64,000 bases of DNA from Azolla caroliniana (lineage: Eukaryota > Plantae > Polypodiophyta): assembly GCA_043228905.1 (NCBI GenBank), contig JBHGNT010000013.1:6510001-6574000 (forward strand), given 5' to 3'. The position numbers were made by a program, and so were the translations under genes. The notes beneath the pieces were generated by a model that was not told the origin of the DNA, did no database searches, and was given only the letters and a program-made list of their open reading frames with translations. Shown in pieces: positions 44,209 to 56,600 of the stretch (the first letter of the stretch is position 1; each line of letters opens with the position of its first letter).

Positions 44209-47200
44209 TTTAGTTAATAAATTGTTTTTTACCCCTTGTGAATTATGATTTCTATAGGTTACACGAGTTATGGGTTTCTATTGGTTTTTTGACATACATT
44301 AGTTTTTTTAGTGGTTTTAAGAACCATTTGCCCACTCCGTATTTTGTACATATATGTTCTTTGGCTAGCTTTCACCTTATCTTGAGGTACTATGCTGGTA
44401 ACATGTATAAGTTATATTAATAAATATGACAAATCTTTCATTGATATGGAAGAAAAGAATAAGGTGTTTACTTTCCTAAGGAAATGGCATGCACTCTTGG
44501 CATTTACAAGAGCAATCCTTGACCTTGACTGGGAATTATGGATATGCTCCAATCTATAACTCATTTTAGTATAGATTTCTATATGAGAAAGATGCAGCCT
44601 CTATATTGAGGCTGCATGTTGTATGCTCAATACACATGATCATGGATTCCTGGAATTATCGTGGAATTCCTTTATGTAAAGCCATACATAGGAGTACATA
44701 TATGAGACTGATATGGGTCTAAGGCATTTTTCATATGATGAGTATGGGTTTTCAAAAGGTTTGACACTTTTTAGCAAGGAATCATTGGCTATGGTAAATT
44801 ATTCATTAAGTGACACATATTATTGGCATGGAAAAATCCAGTGTTGTGAATGGAAAACAAATATTATCTATCCCAACCTTCTACAATAATGTATCTAGAA
44901 CAAGAAAAAGTATGTGAAGATTTTAACACATTAACACGAAGAAAAAAGAATGTGGATGAGGATCAAGCTACTGCTCTAAATTTAGCTTGAATACAAGGAA
45001 AATGTATATGAAGATTGTAACACATTCTTGTGTTTTAGAATGAAAGAAATTAACTTTGGGTTATTGTCTAAAATCATATGCTTCAAATAAAGTTGAAACA
45101 AATGAGTTTATTTATAAGTAATTTCAATTTGAAATACAATGAGTTTATGTATAATTTTCCTTCCACAGTATAAACTTGAAAGTGATAATTTTATGACTAC
45201 TGTGAAGACAAAAAGAATAAGAGCTACTTTTGGACATCCACCTAAATCACTTAACCCTTCTACTAATGAATTTTTAAAGAAGCATTCGAGGGTTAAAATC
45301 CATCGTAAGAACTCCTGCTTTTCTTGTGACAATAAGAATTTAAAACATATAATTTGAAAAAATTAATAATAACGTTTTCATTAGCTTGTTTGATGTTTCT
45401 ATGTATGTGATGTGTAAAGGGAGCCGAATATAAATCGTTTAGGACTTCTCTCGTAGACAGATAACATTATTTCAAAGTCATTTATGATGTCGTGTGGAAT
45501 TGTATTTGGTAGGAATTTACTCCAATCGATTGATTGAAGGGTCCAGTATAGGATTTGAGTCCCTTTCTGGAAAGACTTGAATATGCATATCATCAATGGC
45601 ATAGTCACCTGCTTCTGTGTGGTATTTTGGCATTTCGATAGAGATATGAGAATCTGAAACTCATATTCTGGTTGCCATGTGGGATTCTAATTACGAGGTA
45701 TTAGCCCCTAGTAAATGTTGGAAGGGCAAAGTTTATGGAAGTGTTCGAGGTTAATTGTAACAATAGGACAGATATTTGTTTATACATGACCAATTTAGGA
45801 TTTAATAATACCAGTGTCAAAAATTCTACTTGAAATGGATGGCCAGATGAATTCTAGAAGTGGTTTTTATGACCCTGAAATTGAACCATCAAAGTCATAA
45901 ATGGTTCACATCCTAGATTTAGATGTCTGAATCATTATGCTGTTGAGAAAATCATGACCACGAGGAGAATGTTGCCGAAGGGAAAGTAACTAGAAGCCTG
46001 ATGGCAATTCCTTGCAAAGAAGAATGGGTTTGTGAGCACATTGTACTCTGTAGGCTGACACACACCACTCTATTAAATATTTATCAAGCTCAAATGTTAG
46101 CATTTTTGACACCTTTATATTTCTTTCTTGTGTGCATTCTTGTGTAAAGAATTCTTGAACATTTCTGAACATATCTACTTGTATGTATGGTAGTTGTACA
46201 CCCCATGTTTTGATATTATACTTTGAACAATGTTTTTATGAGCAACGAATGATAAATAATGGATGTGAATTTAACAATCTCTTCTTTTGTCCACCATGAC
46301 TTGCAGCAATTGTAATTCGTTCTCCAAAAATAATCATTAAAGCACCAATTCCTCATGGAAAATTGGTTGGTGGTTGCTCTTTTTTATTGTTAAAACTTGA
46401 TACAAAATCTATACAAAATTCAAGGTGACGCTCATGTTGTGTGAGGTACGCATGCATTTTATGTCTATATTTTTCGTACTTTCTTCTTTTTCAGGTTCTG
46501 CAACATCATGAGCATGATTTCATATCTTCGAATGCACTTGAGGTGATACACGCGAGTAAGTTATAATATTGTTCTATTATGACCTTCTTACATGCAGAAA
46601 GGAAAACTTTTAGTCTAGATTTGAGCAAATGACAACCGAAACTGAAAGCAACCATTGAAATATGGTTGTCTTGAGTAGGAAGTCTTGGCTTGATTATGTC
46701 AAAATATATGTTTTTGCATGCGTTTCTTATCTGTATGTACCAGCCACTCGTCTTGCAACCTATTCAAAGGCTCCTAGATATCGATGTCCAACCACCAAAA
46801 TAGGCAATTATCTGGATGGGCTTCCTTTCTCAAGTTCGCTATTAAAATATAAGATGGTGGACAACAAGAATTTGAGTAGATTGCATTGCAATGACATGAA
46901 AAAATCAAGGTTAAAGTTTATCTGGAAGAGTTTATTGCTGCCCAAGAAACATGTGTTTGTGCGGACATGTTTGGTTGGTGTATTGCCTATGGGGGTAGTG
47001 ATTCAAGCTCGAAAAAACTCACTTACAATTTGCAAACATGTGACTACACTGATGAAAGCATGCAGCATTTATAGTGAACCTGTCCAATCACATATAGTTT
47101 CCTATTGAAACTACAATATTGCTCTCAACTAAGGTTTGTTGGCCATAAATTTGGAAAGTTCTCTTGGACTTCTAGCTTCTTGCATGCGACTCTGCAACCA

Positions 47201-48189
47201 TATACCACACTTCTCTATCAGGTCAGATTTTGCATGTGACACTCGTAGTGTCCTGCAATCAGGTCCAATATGGTCAATACACCCCTGACTGATTCATCTA
47301 TTACCTTCCAGAAATCACTTGCTGATTGTCTCTACATACTCCTGAAACCTTCTCATTATATGTCTTAGCATCTAGATACTCTTTTCTTTGAATGCATGTA
47401 GTTTATTGAGTATAGGAGACCCCGTAAATCTCAATCTTCTAACTCTTTGTTGTGGGTTTTCACTTCTCATTGAGGTTTCCCACCTGTAATGTAATGTTTT
47501 TTACACCAAGAAAATGTGTTGCTTTCCCTCGGTAACACCATTTGTTATCAAAATAGATTTGGTCTTTTGACTTGTTTTAATTTTGCAGCTCCAAAGAAAC
47601 TACCAAAATATGTTCCTAAATCTGTCGAGAAACCTGATTATGGGAAGGTCCCCAATTATCTACGCAAGTTTAACGAGACATTAAAGGAAAAGCAATCAAA
47701 GGTGAACATAGAAGGATCTAAACAAGAAGGACTTGGCAGTCAACCAAACACTAGAAGGCAAGATGTTCTTTAACTTAGGTTTACAGAATTATATGTAAGA
47801 GATCAAAAGTATATTATGGATGCATGGTTCTTTTGTTGTTTAGATTGGAGGAATGGGAAAAGCGAGAATTGATTGAAGCTCTTAAGAAGAAATGGCAACA
47901 AGTTAACACTACTTATCAAAAGACATCAGTCACACTCGATACGTGGGCCAAAAAAGCTAGGAAAGAGAGGTATAATTGACCTTCCTTGGATATGGAAATC
48001 AAACTATTTTGTGGGTTTTGATAGGACAAGTTTCTATTTCTCTTTCATAGGTTTGAAGAACAACTTATGGAGATTGAGAAGGACATTCAAACATTATCAA
48101 GACGTGTTGTGCTTGTAGTAGATAATGGAAAATCTAATTCATCTGGTAGTTACTCAAGCAAGAGAAGGCACCAAGCAAGTCATTGGTAA
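44077..48189 (+). CDS. ENKUR: Enkurin (FAP106-like) axonemal protein, 7 coding exons, about 259 aa
   Basis: Exons 44077-44166, 45169-45304, 46307-46365, 46495-46555, 47589-47757, 47844-47969 and 48051-48189 total 780 nt with consistent phases; an in-frame TAA lies upstream at 44053. Enkurin-type motifs: ESVYNLIP, TFG...FLKKHS, KAPIP, DFISSNA, KPDYGKVPNYL, LIEALKKKWQQVN...YQ...LDTWAKKARKE...EIEKDI. Intron 5 needs a GC donor. Confidence 0.85.
46662..47150 (+). pseudogene. LINE-like fragment (degenerate zf-RVT-type C-terminus) in an enkurin intron
   Basis: IWKSLLLPKKHVFV...GVLP...CKH resembles the W-x-x-x-x-PK...F-x-W...LP...CxxC pattern downstream of plant LINE RT. Heavily decayed. Confidence 0.5.
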
Positions 48190-49700
48190 AAGATGGATTT
48201 TTCAATGTCGATAACTATTGGTCTGCTACTGTTGAGTCTTCATGTAAAAACTATATCGTTGTGTCCAATGTGAATATTTTATCTCCATTGATTCGTAATT
48301 AGCATTCGAGTTGTTTTTAGTATTCAACATGAAGACTTTTGATCAAGTTTTGGTCCTTTCTTTCCCATCCTTCTAATATCCATGCATGAGATTTTACACA
48401 AATGCCTTAACCCCATGTGAATTTCTCTTCATTGCATGGTGCCACATTGGATTACCGCCTTTTTTTTCAATTGTGATGCGAAGCTTTTTTTGAATCACTT
48501 CCAGTTTGAATGTTTTGAAGAATGAATTTAGTGTTTGTTTTTATGTGTAGAATGTGCCCTAAAATTCGAATATTTTAGCTTGAGCCTATCAGTTGATAGC
48601 ATTTTTTAAGAAATGTTCAGTCTTTTTAACATAATTGAGAAATAAAGATCTTGATTAAAGTAAAAAACAGTGACAACTGCTTGTCTAGAAAAGAACACTC
48701 GTTTTTGGTTCCATTTTTGTTTTCCAATAAGAGAACGTATTTTGCTGAACTTCCTCGATCTACCTCCATTTACATTTCCTGTTTTAGTATAAGAGAGAAA
48801 AGACTCCAAATTAAAGATGGGTAACTGCAAATTATACCTTGGATACAATACCAAGGATGTGAAACATGGGACGTATCCACATATCGCTCCCCTCTACATG
48901 TGATTTGTTACTTCCAGCCAATTAGTTGTTTGAGGAAGATTACTTAGCCATGCATGGGTTCAGGTTGTGAGTAGTACATCTCTCCCACCATCATGTGCTC
49001 AATTCAGTATGCAAAGTGAATTGATTATGTGAAAGAACAAGAAACTTGTGTTGTTCATCTTCTTGTTGGCCTATCAACTACCAAAAAACTTACTGTACGT
49101 TATGGAATAAAATCAACAAATTTGGTTATTTAATCATTAAAATGATAACTAATGAAACAAATGTATTTGAAATTGAGAAGAATCCTTGATTCTTGGAGAT
49201 GCCATGGAAAACTTGAGTACATATTGCCTAGCAAGGCTACCTTGTTGTTGAGCACTTACGAAACAAATAACTCCATTGTCACTCCACCTAGGCATGAATT
49301 GTGTCGATATTCTTCGGAAACAAGAAAGTAACTCCTCTCCCGCTCCACCTTAGTTTTAATTGTTTCAACTGTTTTGCATGGAGAACAAGATCTATCACTT
49401 TTAACCTTTTATGGAACACATTCCAAAAAGGACAACCAAAAGCTATAAGGGTACTACTATGTAATTTGGACTAGGAACCCATTGGTATTGAATGACCACA
49501 TCATAGCATATTATTGGAAAAGCAAGGCTCTTGGTTCATTTGAGTTGAATCCCTCACCATACTAAAGCTTATGTGGTTTCATTTATGGCATCAAAATTTA
49601 GCAATCTCTTTTTTCCTCAAATAATGCCTTCTATTAAGAAAGAAAATACCCACCCATGGCTAACTTACAATAAAATTTAGAGCACTGGGGATTTAAATAT

Positions 49701-50552
49701 TGTAAAGAATCGAGTATGATTCTTGTGCAGCGGAAGAGATGTGTGTTATGTGTGTGTAGGTGTGTGAGAGAAGAGAAAACACAAGATAGATAAAAGAGGA
49801 AATGAAGTACTCAAGAAGGTGTATATTCACAAGGAGAATACCAATTACAAATGTAGCATTACAAGGAGTCACAATCGATCCTCTATGAAGTAGGAGAAGG
49901 GTGCTTTATATAAAGTCACCTTCTCTCTTCATTAACTCACTACAACAACTACTCTCTCTTGGGGAATGTGGAGACTCATAATCATGGGGAATATGGAACT
50001 CATTAGTTATGTGTCATAGAATATGATTCTATGACACATAGTTAATGTGTCGAGAGTAGTGGTATGACTCTTGACCTTTGAGTGATCATAGATTCTCAAA
50101 GGGTGTGTTCACATGTTGCAGTAGGTTGAGCTTGATTCTCAACATGCCCCCTCGAGCTCAACTCAGGTCGGTTCCTTTCGGTTGAGTGTCCGCCCCAACT
50201 CCTACTCGGTTCGAACGTTATCCGGTTCTCTCTTGTACTCCCCCTCAAGCTTGGCAAGTCAGGGATCGTCAAACCAAGGTCTAATATGAATTGCCGAAGC
50301 TTGTCGGCTCCTAGGGCCTTGGCGAAGATGTTGGCTGTTTGAAGATTCGTGTTGATATGTTCAAGGTCGACATCTTCGGCCTAAACGTGTTCTCGAATGA
50401 ATTGATAATGCACTTCGATATGCTTTGTGCGTGCGTGGAACACCGAGTTACGAGCCAGATAGATACTACTCATGTTGTCTTAGTAAAGGGGAGTCGGATC
50501 CTTGATGGGAACGCCCAGATCCTTCAAAATCCTCTTGAGCCAATATCCACAA
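49701..50552 (-). mobile_element. Truncated copia element: 3' LTR (49701-50144) and RNase H tail
   Basis: TG...CA LTR followed by the PPT complement tgccccctc. The minus strand encodes ARNSVFHARTKHIEVHY and LQTANIFAKAL...SLRGS. Confidence 0.8.
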
Positions 50553-51254
50553 GTTGTCACCCCCGGTGGTGTGTTTTGAAACCCCAGAGTTACCCACAAA
50601 TCCTTGCGCAGAGGATCGTTTGGAGCGGCTACGCAAGATACAAGCGGATTTATCTACTCATCTACAACAAGCTCAACAAACACACAAGGTTTATGTAGAT
50701 CGTCATCGGCTTCCATCCAGTTTTAACATTGGAGATCGGGTATGGCTACGACGACGACACATCAAGACTACTCGCCCATGCGAGAAGTTGGATTATCAGC
50801 CTTTCCGTATTATCGAAAAGATTAATGATGTCACTTTTCGTCTCGATCTACCTTCGCAACTACGGATACATCCAGTGTTTCATAGTTCTCTCCTAGAACC
50901 CTATTAGGACAACATCATCCCAGGTCGTATTAAACCACCTCCACCCTAGATTGAACTTGAAGATGGACCTGAGTACGAGGTTGCCGCCATCCTCGATTCC
51001 CAGATTGTTCGCAACAAGCTCTACTATTTAGTCGATTGGCTAGGATATAGTCCCAGCGAGCGTACTAGCGAACCAATAGAGAATGTGACAAATGCTTGTT
51101 CTCTTCTTGAAGACTTCCATCGTCAATATCCAAACAAAACGGGTCCTCAATCCAAAATGACTCATGACACTCGTCATTTTAAAGGGGGGATAGTGTAATG
51201 ATATGGTAAGATTCGAACCCATGACCTTACGTTACATGGGTCGCAATCTTGACC
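50553..51254 (+). mobile_element. Chromovirus fragment 1 (integrase tail + chromodomain + PPT + LTR start)
   Basis: GDRVWL...[13 protein letters not shown] and [10 protein letters not shown]...YLVDWLGY; PPT aaaggggggatag, then TG at 51194. Confidence 0.88.
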
Positions 51255-52943
51255 CCATATGCGACAATTTGTCAAAGATTTTGTTCGGACTTGTGATACA
51301 TGTTGCAGAGCAAAAATGCCAAGGCATCATCCATATGGTTTATTAGAACCATTACCAATTCCAAGCAAGCCGTGGCAATCCATTGCTCTAGATTTCATCA
51401 CAGAACTTCCGGTCTGTAAGGGATTCGATGCGATCTTAACAGTAGTAGATCGATATACGTAGATGGCCCATTTTTTTCCATGTACTAAGGAAATCTCTAG
51501 TGAGGAAACCACCGAAACTATCATGCGTGGAGTATGTTGGCATCATGGCCTTCCCGATAGTATCATCAGTGAACGTGGACCCCAGTTCGTCTCGAAATTC
51601 TGGAAACATCTCTTTAAAATGCTCAAGGTCTCTTGTAACCTCTCCTCCAACTACCACCCGCAAACAGATGGCCAAGCAAAATGAACAAGTCAAATGCTAG
51701 AGCAGTATCTTCGGTGCTTTCTAAGCTATCATCAAGATGACTAGGCGGATATTCTCCACTTCGCCGAATTTGCATATAATAACTCTGTCCACTCATCGAC
51801 AAAGGTTACACCATTTTATGCTTATACGGGTTGTCACCCCCGGTGGTGTGTATTTGAAACCCTAGATTTACCCACAAATCCTTGCGTAGAGGATCGTTTG
51901 GAGCGGTTATGCAAGATACAAGCGGATTTATCTACTCATCTACAACAAGCTCAACAAACACACAAGGTTTACGCCGATCGTCATCGGCTTCCATCTAGTT
52001 TTAACATTGGAGATCGGGTATGGCTACTTCGATGACACATGAAGACTACTCGCCCATGCGAGAAGTTGGATTATCGACGATTAGGTCATTTCCGTATTAT
52101 CAAAAAAATTAATGATGTCGCTTTTCGTCTCGATCTACCTCCACAACTTCGGATACATCCGGTGTTTCATAGTTCTCTCCTCAAACCCTATCAAGACAGC
52201 ACCATCCCAGGTCGTATTAAACAACCTCCACCCCCGATCGAACTTGAAGATGGACCTGAGTATGAGGTTGCCGCCATCCTCGATTCCAAGATTGTTCGCA
52301 ACAAGCTCTACTATTTAGTCGATTGGCTAGGATATAGTCCCAGCGAGCGTACTTGGGAACCAATAGAGAATGTAACCAATGCTCGTGCTCTGCTTGAAGA
52401 CTTCCATCGTCAATATCCAGACAAACCGGGTCCTCAATCCAAAACGACTCATGACACTCATCATTTTAAAAAGGGGGATAGTGTCATGATATAGAAAACC
52501 TTGAACTCATGACCTTATGTTACAAGGGTCGAGCTCTTGACCATTAGACTATATGTTGTAATACAAAAAATATTATTTTCATTTAAGTTTTAGTATAGAA
52601 AATTGATGTATATTCCCGATTTCTCTAGAACATTCTAGAAACTTCAGAAGTACTCTTGAGAACACTATGAAAGGAGGCACAAGGCATTATTTCGAACCAA
52701 ATTGGTTCAACGCCAGTCTTAAGCCTCCTAGCTACTATTGTATATTCTCTTAACATAATATATATCTTTTGTTATCATCATTCTCTCTCTCTCACACACA
52801 CACACTCTCTCTCTCTCTCTCTTTCCTTCTCTCGAGAGTTCTATACCTCCCTTCGTACTAATCCTCATCTTTTAGTACTAATTCCTTCTCTGACTTACTA
52901 CTATTCCTGACAGTACTTCTCTGTCTTAGTACTGCTCTTGACA
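51250..52943 (+). mobile_element. Chromovirus fragment 2 (integrase, chromodomain, complete 3' LTR 52482-52943)
   Basis: Integrase PWQSIALDFI and YHPQTDGQ, chromodomain ORF 52039-52494, PPT, and LTR TGTCA...TGACA. Confidence 0.9.
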
Positions 52944-53104
52944 ATACATAAAGGCCTATGATCGGATTCTGGTGTCCATTCACCAAGTGAGAATTTATAT
53001 ATATGATCCAAAATACCTTTGGAAAGTAGCACATAGTCAATCACACTATTTCCGTTGTCTTTTCTACAGGTAAAAGCATTAGTGTTGGGCCATAATGAAA
53101 TACC

Positions 53105-53246
53105 ATTATGTGAAAGAATGATGATGACAATGATATATTATGTGAAAGAATGATGATGACAATGATATATTATGTGAAAGAATGATGATGACAATGATAT
53201 ATTATGTGAAAGAATGATGATGACAATGATAGATTATGTGAAAGAA
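53105..53246. repeat. 32-bp tandem repeat, about 4.4 units, derived from LTR sequence (seen again at 53542-53683)
   Basis: Unit attatgtgaaagaatgatgatgacaatgatat starts at 53105, 53137, 53169, 53201 and 53233 (partial). It resembles the reverse complement of LTR 52750-52785. Confidence 0.9.
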
Positions 53247-53310
53247 TATACAAGGATGGCTAGGAAGCTTAAGACTGGCGTTAAACAGATTTGGTTCAAA
53301 ATAATTCCTA

Positions 53311-53410
53311 NNNNNNNNNNNNNNNNNNNNNNNNNNNNNNNNNNNNNNNNNNNNNNNNNNNNNNNNNNNNNNNNNNNNNNNNNNNNNNNNNNNNNNNNNN
53401 NNNNNNNNNN
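53311..53410. other. Assembly gap (100 N) flanked by a ~335-bp direct overlap
   Basis: 52975-53309 recurs essentially identically at 53412-53746. Confidence 0.95.
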
Positions 53411-53679
53411 ATCCATTCACCAAGTGAGAATTTATATATATGATCCAAAATACCTTTGGAAAGTAGCACATAGTCAATCACACTATTTCCGTTGTCTTTT
53501 CTACAGGTAAAAGCATTAGTGTTGGGCCATAATGAAATACCATTATGTGAAAGAATGATGATGACAATGATATATTATGTGAAAGAATGATGATGACAAT
53601 GATATATTATGTGAAAGAATGATGATGACAATGATATATTATGTGAAAGAATGATGATGACAATGATAGATTATGTGAA

Positions 53680-56600
53680 AGAATATACAAGGATGGCTAG
53701 GAAGCTTAAGACTGGCGTTAAACAGATTTGGTTCAAAATAATTCCTTGTCCCTCCTTTTATAGTGTTCTCAGGAGTACTCCTAAAGTTTCTACAATGTTC
53801 CAGAGAAATCTGGAATATACATCAATTTTCTATACTAAAACTTAAATGAAAATAATATTTTTTGTATTACAACATATAGTCTAATGGTCAAGAGCTCGAC
53901 CCTTGTAACATAAGGTCATGAGTTCAAGGCTTTCTATATCATGACACTATCCCCCTTTTTAAAATGACGAGTGTCACGAGTCATTTTGGATTGAGGACCC
54001 GGTTTGTCTGGATATTGACGATGGAAGTCTTCAAGCAGAGCACGAGCATTGGTTACATTCTCTATTGGTTCCCAAGTACGCTCGTTGGGACTTATCATAG
54101 CCAATCGACTAAATAGTAGAGCTTGTTGCAAACAATCTTGGAATCGAGGATGGCGGCAACCTCATACTCAGGTCCATCTTCAAGTTCGATCGGGGGTGGA
54201 GGTTGTTTAATACGACCTGGGATGGTGCTGTCTTGATAGGGTTTGAGGAGAGAACTATGAAACACCGGATGTATCCGAAGTTGTGGAGGTAGATCGAGAC
54301 GAAAAGCGACATCATTAATTTTTTTGATAATACGGAAAGGACCTAATCGTCGATAATCCAACTTCTCGCATGGGCGAGTAGTCTTCATGTGTCATCGAAG
54401 TAGCCATACCCGATCTCCAATGTTAAAACTAGATGGAAGCCGATGACGATCGGCGTAAACCTTGTGTGTTTGTTGAGCTTGTTGTAGATGAGTAGATAAA
54501 TCCGCTTGTATCTTGCATAACCGCTCCAAACGATCCTCTACGCAAGGATTTGTGGGTAAATCTAGGGTTTCAAATACACACCACCGGGGGTGACAACCCG
54601 TATAAGCATAAAATGGTGTAACCTTTGTCGATGAGTGGACAGAGTTATTATATACAAATTCGGCGAAGTGGAGAATATCCGCCTAGTCATCTTGATGATA
54701 GCTTAGAAAGCACCGAAGATACTCCTCCAACATTTGATTTGTTCATTTTGCTTGGCCGTTTGTTTGCGGGTGGTAGTCGGAGGAGAGGTTACAAGTGACC
54801 TTGAGCATTTTAAAGAGGTGTTTCCAAAATTTCGAGAAGAACTGGGGTCCACGTTCACTGATGATACTATCGGGAAGGCCATGATGCCAACATACTTCAC
54901 GCATGATAGTTTCGGTGGTTTCCTCACTAGAGATTTCCTTAGTATATGGAAAAAAATGGGACATCTACGTATATTAATCTACTACTGTTAAGATCGCATT
55001 GAATCCCTTACAGACCAGAAGATCTGTGATGAAATCTAGAGCAATGGATTACCACGGCTTGCTTGGAATTGGTAATGGTTCTAATAAACCATATGGATGA
55101 TGCCTTGGCATTTTTGCTTTGCAACATGTATCACAAGTCCGAACAAAATCTTTGACAAATTGTCGCATATGGGGTCATTAGAATGATCGTTGTACTAAAT
55201 CTAATGTTTTAGTACTACCAAAATGCCCAATTGTTTATGTGTCATGATAGTTTTGGACTACTCGAAGGCGACAAGAACCATTAGGAACATACAAGAGTTT
55301 CTTAAAGAATAGTAATCCATCATGACATTTGAATTGTCGATAGTCCATACCTGGTTGTTGCGACTGTGAACAAGATGCTTGAGAGGGATCAATTTGTGCT
55401 AGAATGGCTTGGGCGAAAACATCTGTCTTCAAGTCCTCACGTATGGTATCGATAACGTGGGAATCCAAGGGCATTCCGAAGACCTGTGTTGCTTGCAGTC
55501 GTGCTGGTCCTAGGATTACTTGCTTTTGGTTATCAAAAGTTGGCTCGCCAGGCTCTGGTGCTAGATACGAGCGTCGCGATAATGCATCTACCTTCCCTTG
55601 TTGCTTCCCCGGACGATATGTAATTTTGAAGTCCAAACGAGTGACGAATTGGGCCCACCGATCTTGACGTCGATTTAACACACGAGCATTCTGAAAGTAG
55701 GCAAGGTTTTTGTGATCACTGAATATAGTGACTTGATGAGAAGATCCCTGTAGAAAATGCCTCCATTGCGTAAACGAGTCCACTATTGCTAATAGCTCCT
55801 TATCATCAATTTTATAGTTGTTTGTCTTGCTGGCCGGACTAGCCCCAACACAGGTGTCCTTCCGACACTTCTCCAAAGGGGTGGTAAGGTTGGGATGTTA
55901 GAACACACACGTAAGATAATTATTATTAGCACAGACGGTAAGGAAATACAGATAAAGATAAGTACGCAATGGATAAACTTGTATTACATCCGTAGAGAAC
56001 ATTACAATTCATCGGATCCTTTTATAGGCATCCGACAAGGTTACAAAACGGTGCGCTTAGGCAACCGGCATCCGAATCGGTCCGTATCCGGATCGGTACA
56101 ACTGTACCGGATCTGTCCCTCCGAATAATAATTCTACTAATAATTACTTTATATTTCTATATCCAATTCCGCCTTCCCACTTGTCCTTCCGCCTTTGCCC
56201 AGCCAACACATGCAACGCCCGTGGGAAAGTGCTTTGCACTTCAAACCCACACACGGCCTCAATCTTCTTCCAATATATCGAGCAAAGTCTGCTCGAAGGT
56301 GTCAAGTGGTGCCTCCTCTTCGGTTTCCTGTTCCTTGCCTGCCTCCCCTCCGACTTCCGGTTGGATTGGTTGTTGCTCCAGCTCCTCTTGGTTCTGTTGT
56401 ACCGGTGCTTCCTCTCCGTCCCTTCCGGGTTCGTCTTGTTCTTCTTCCATTCCAGGCTCCGTTCTATTACCGGTGTCGCTTTCCCCGGTCTCGACTGGTC
56501 GGTTCGCTGCTACTTCTTCCTCTGCTCCGACGTTAACCTGCAATGGCTCTTCTTCAATCCCGGCGTTGGCCTGCAACTGCTCCTCCGGATTCATCTGGAC

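Noticed and set aside
46662-47108. 148-aa ORF as an enkurin exon or nested gene
   Set aside because: Enkurin is complete without it, and it looks like a decayed LINE fragment.
53105-53683. 32-bp repeats as a CRISPR-like array
   Set aside because: The units are head-to-tail with no unique spacers, derive from LTR sequence, and sit in a eukaryotic context with no cas genes.
52975-53746. Biological direct duplication around the N run
   Set aside because: An essentially identical ~335-bp overlap on both sides of a round 100-N gap is typical of unmerged contig ends.
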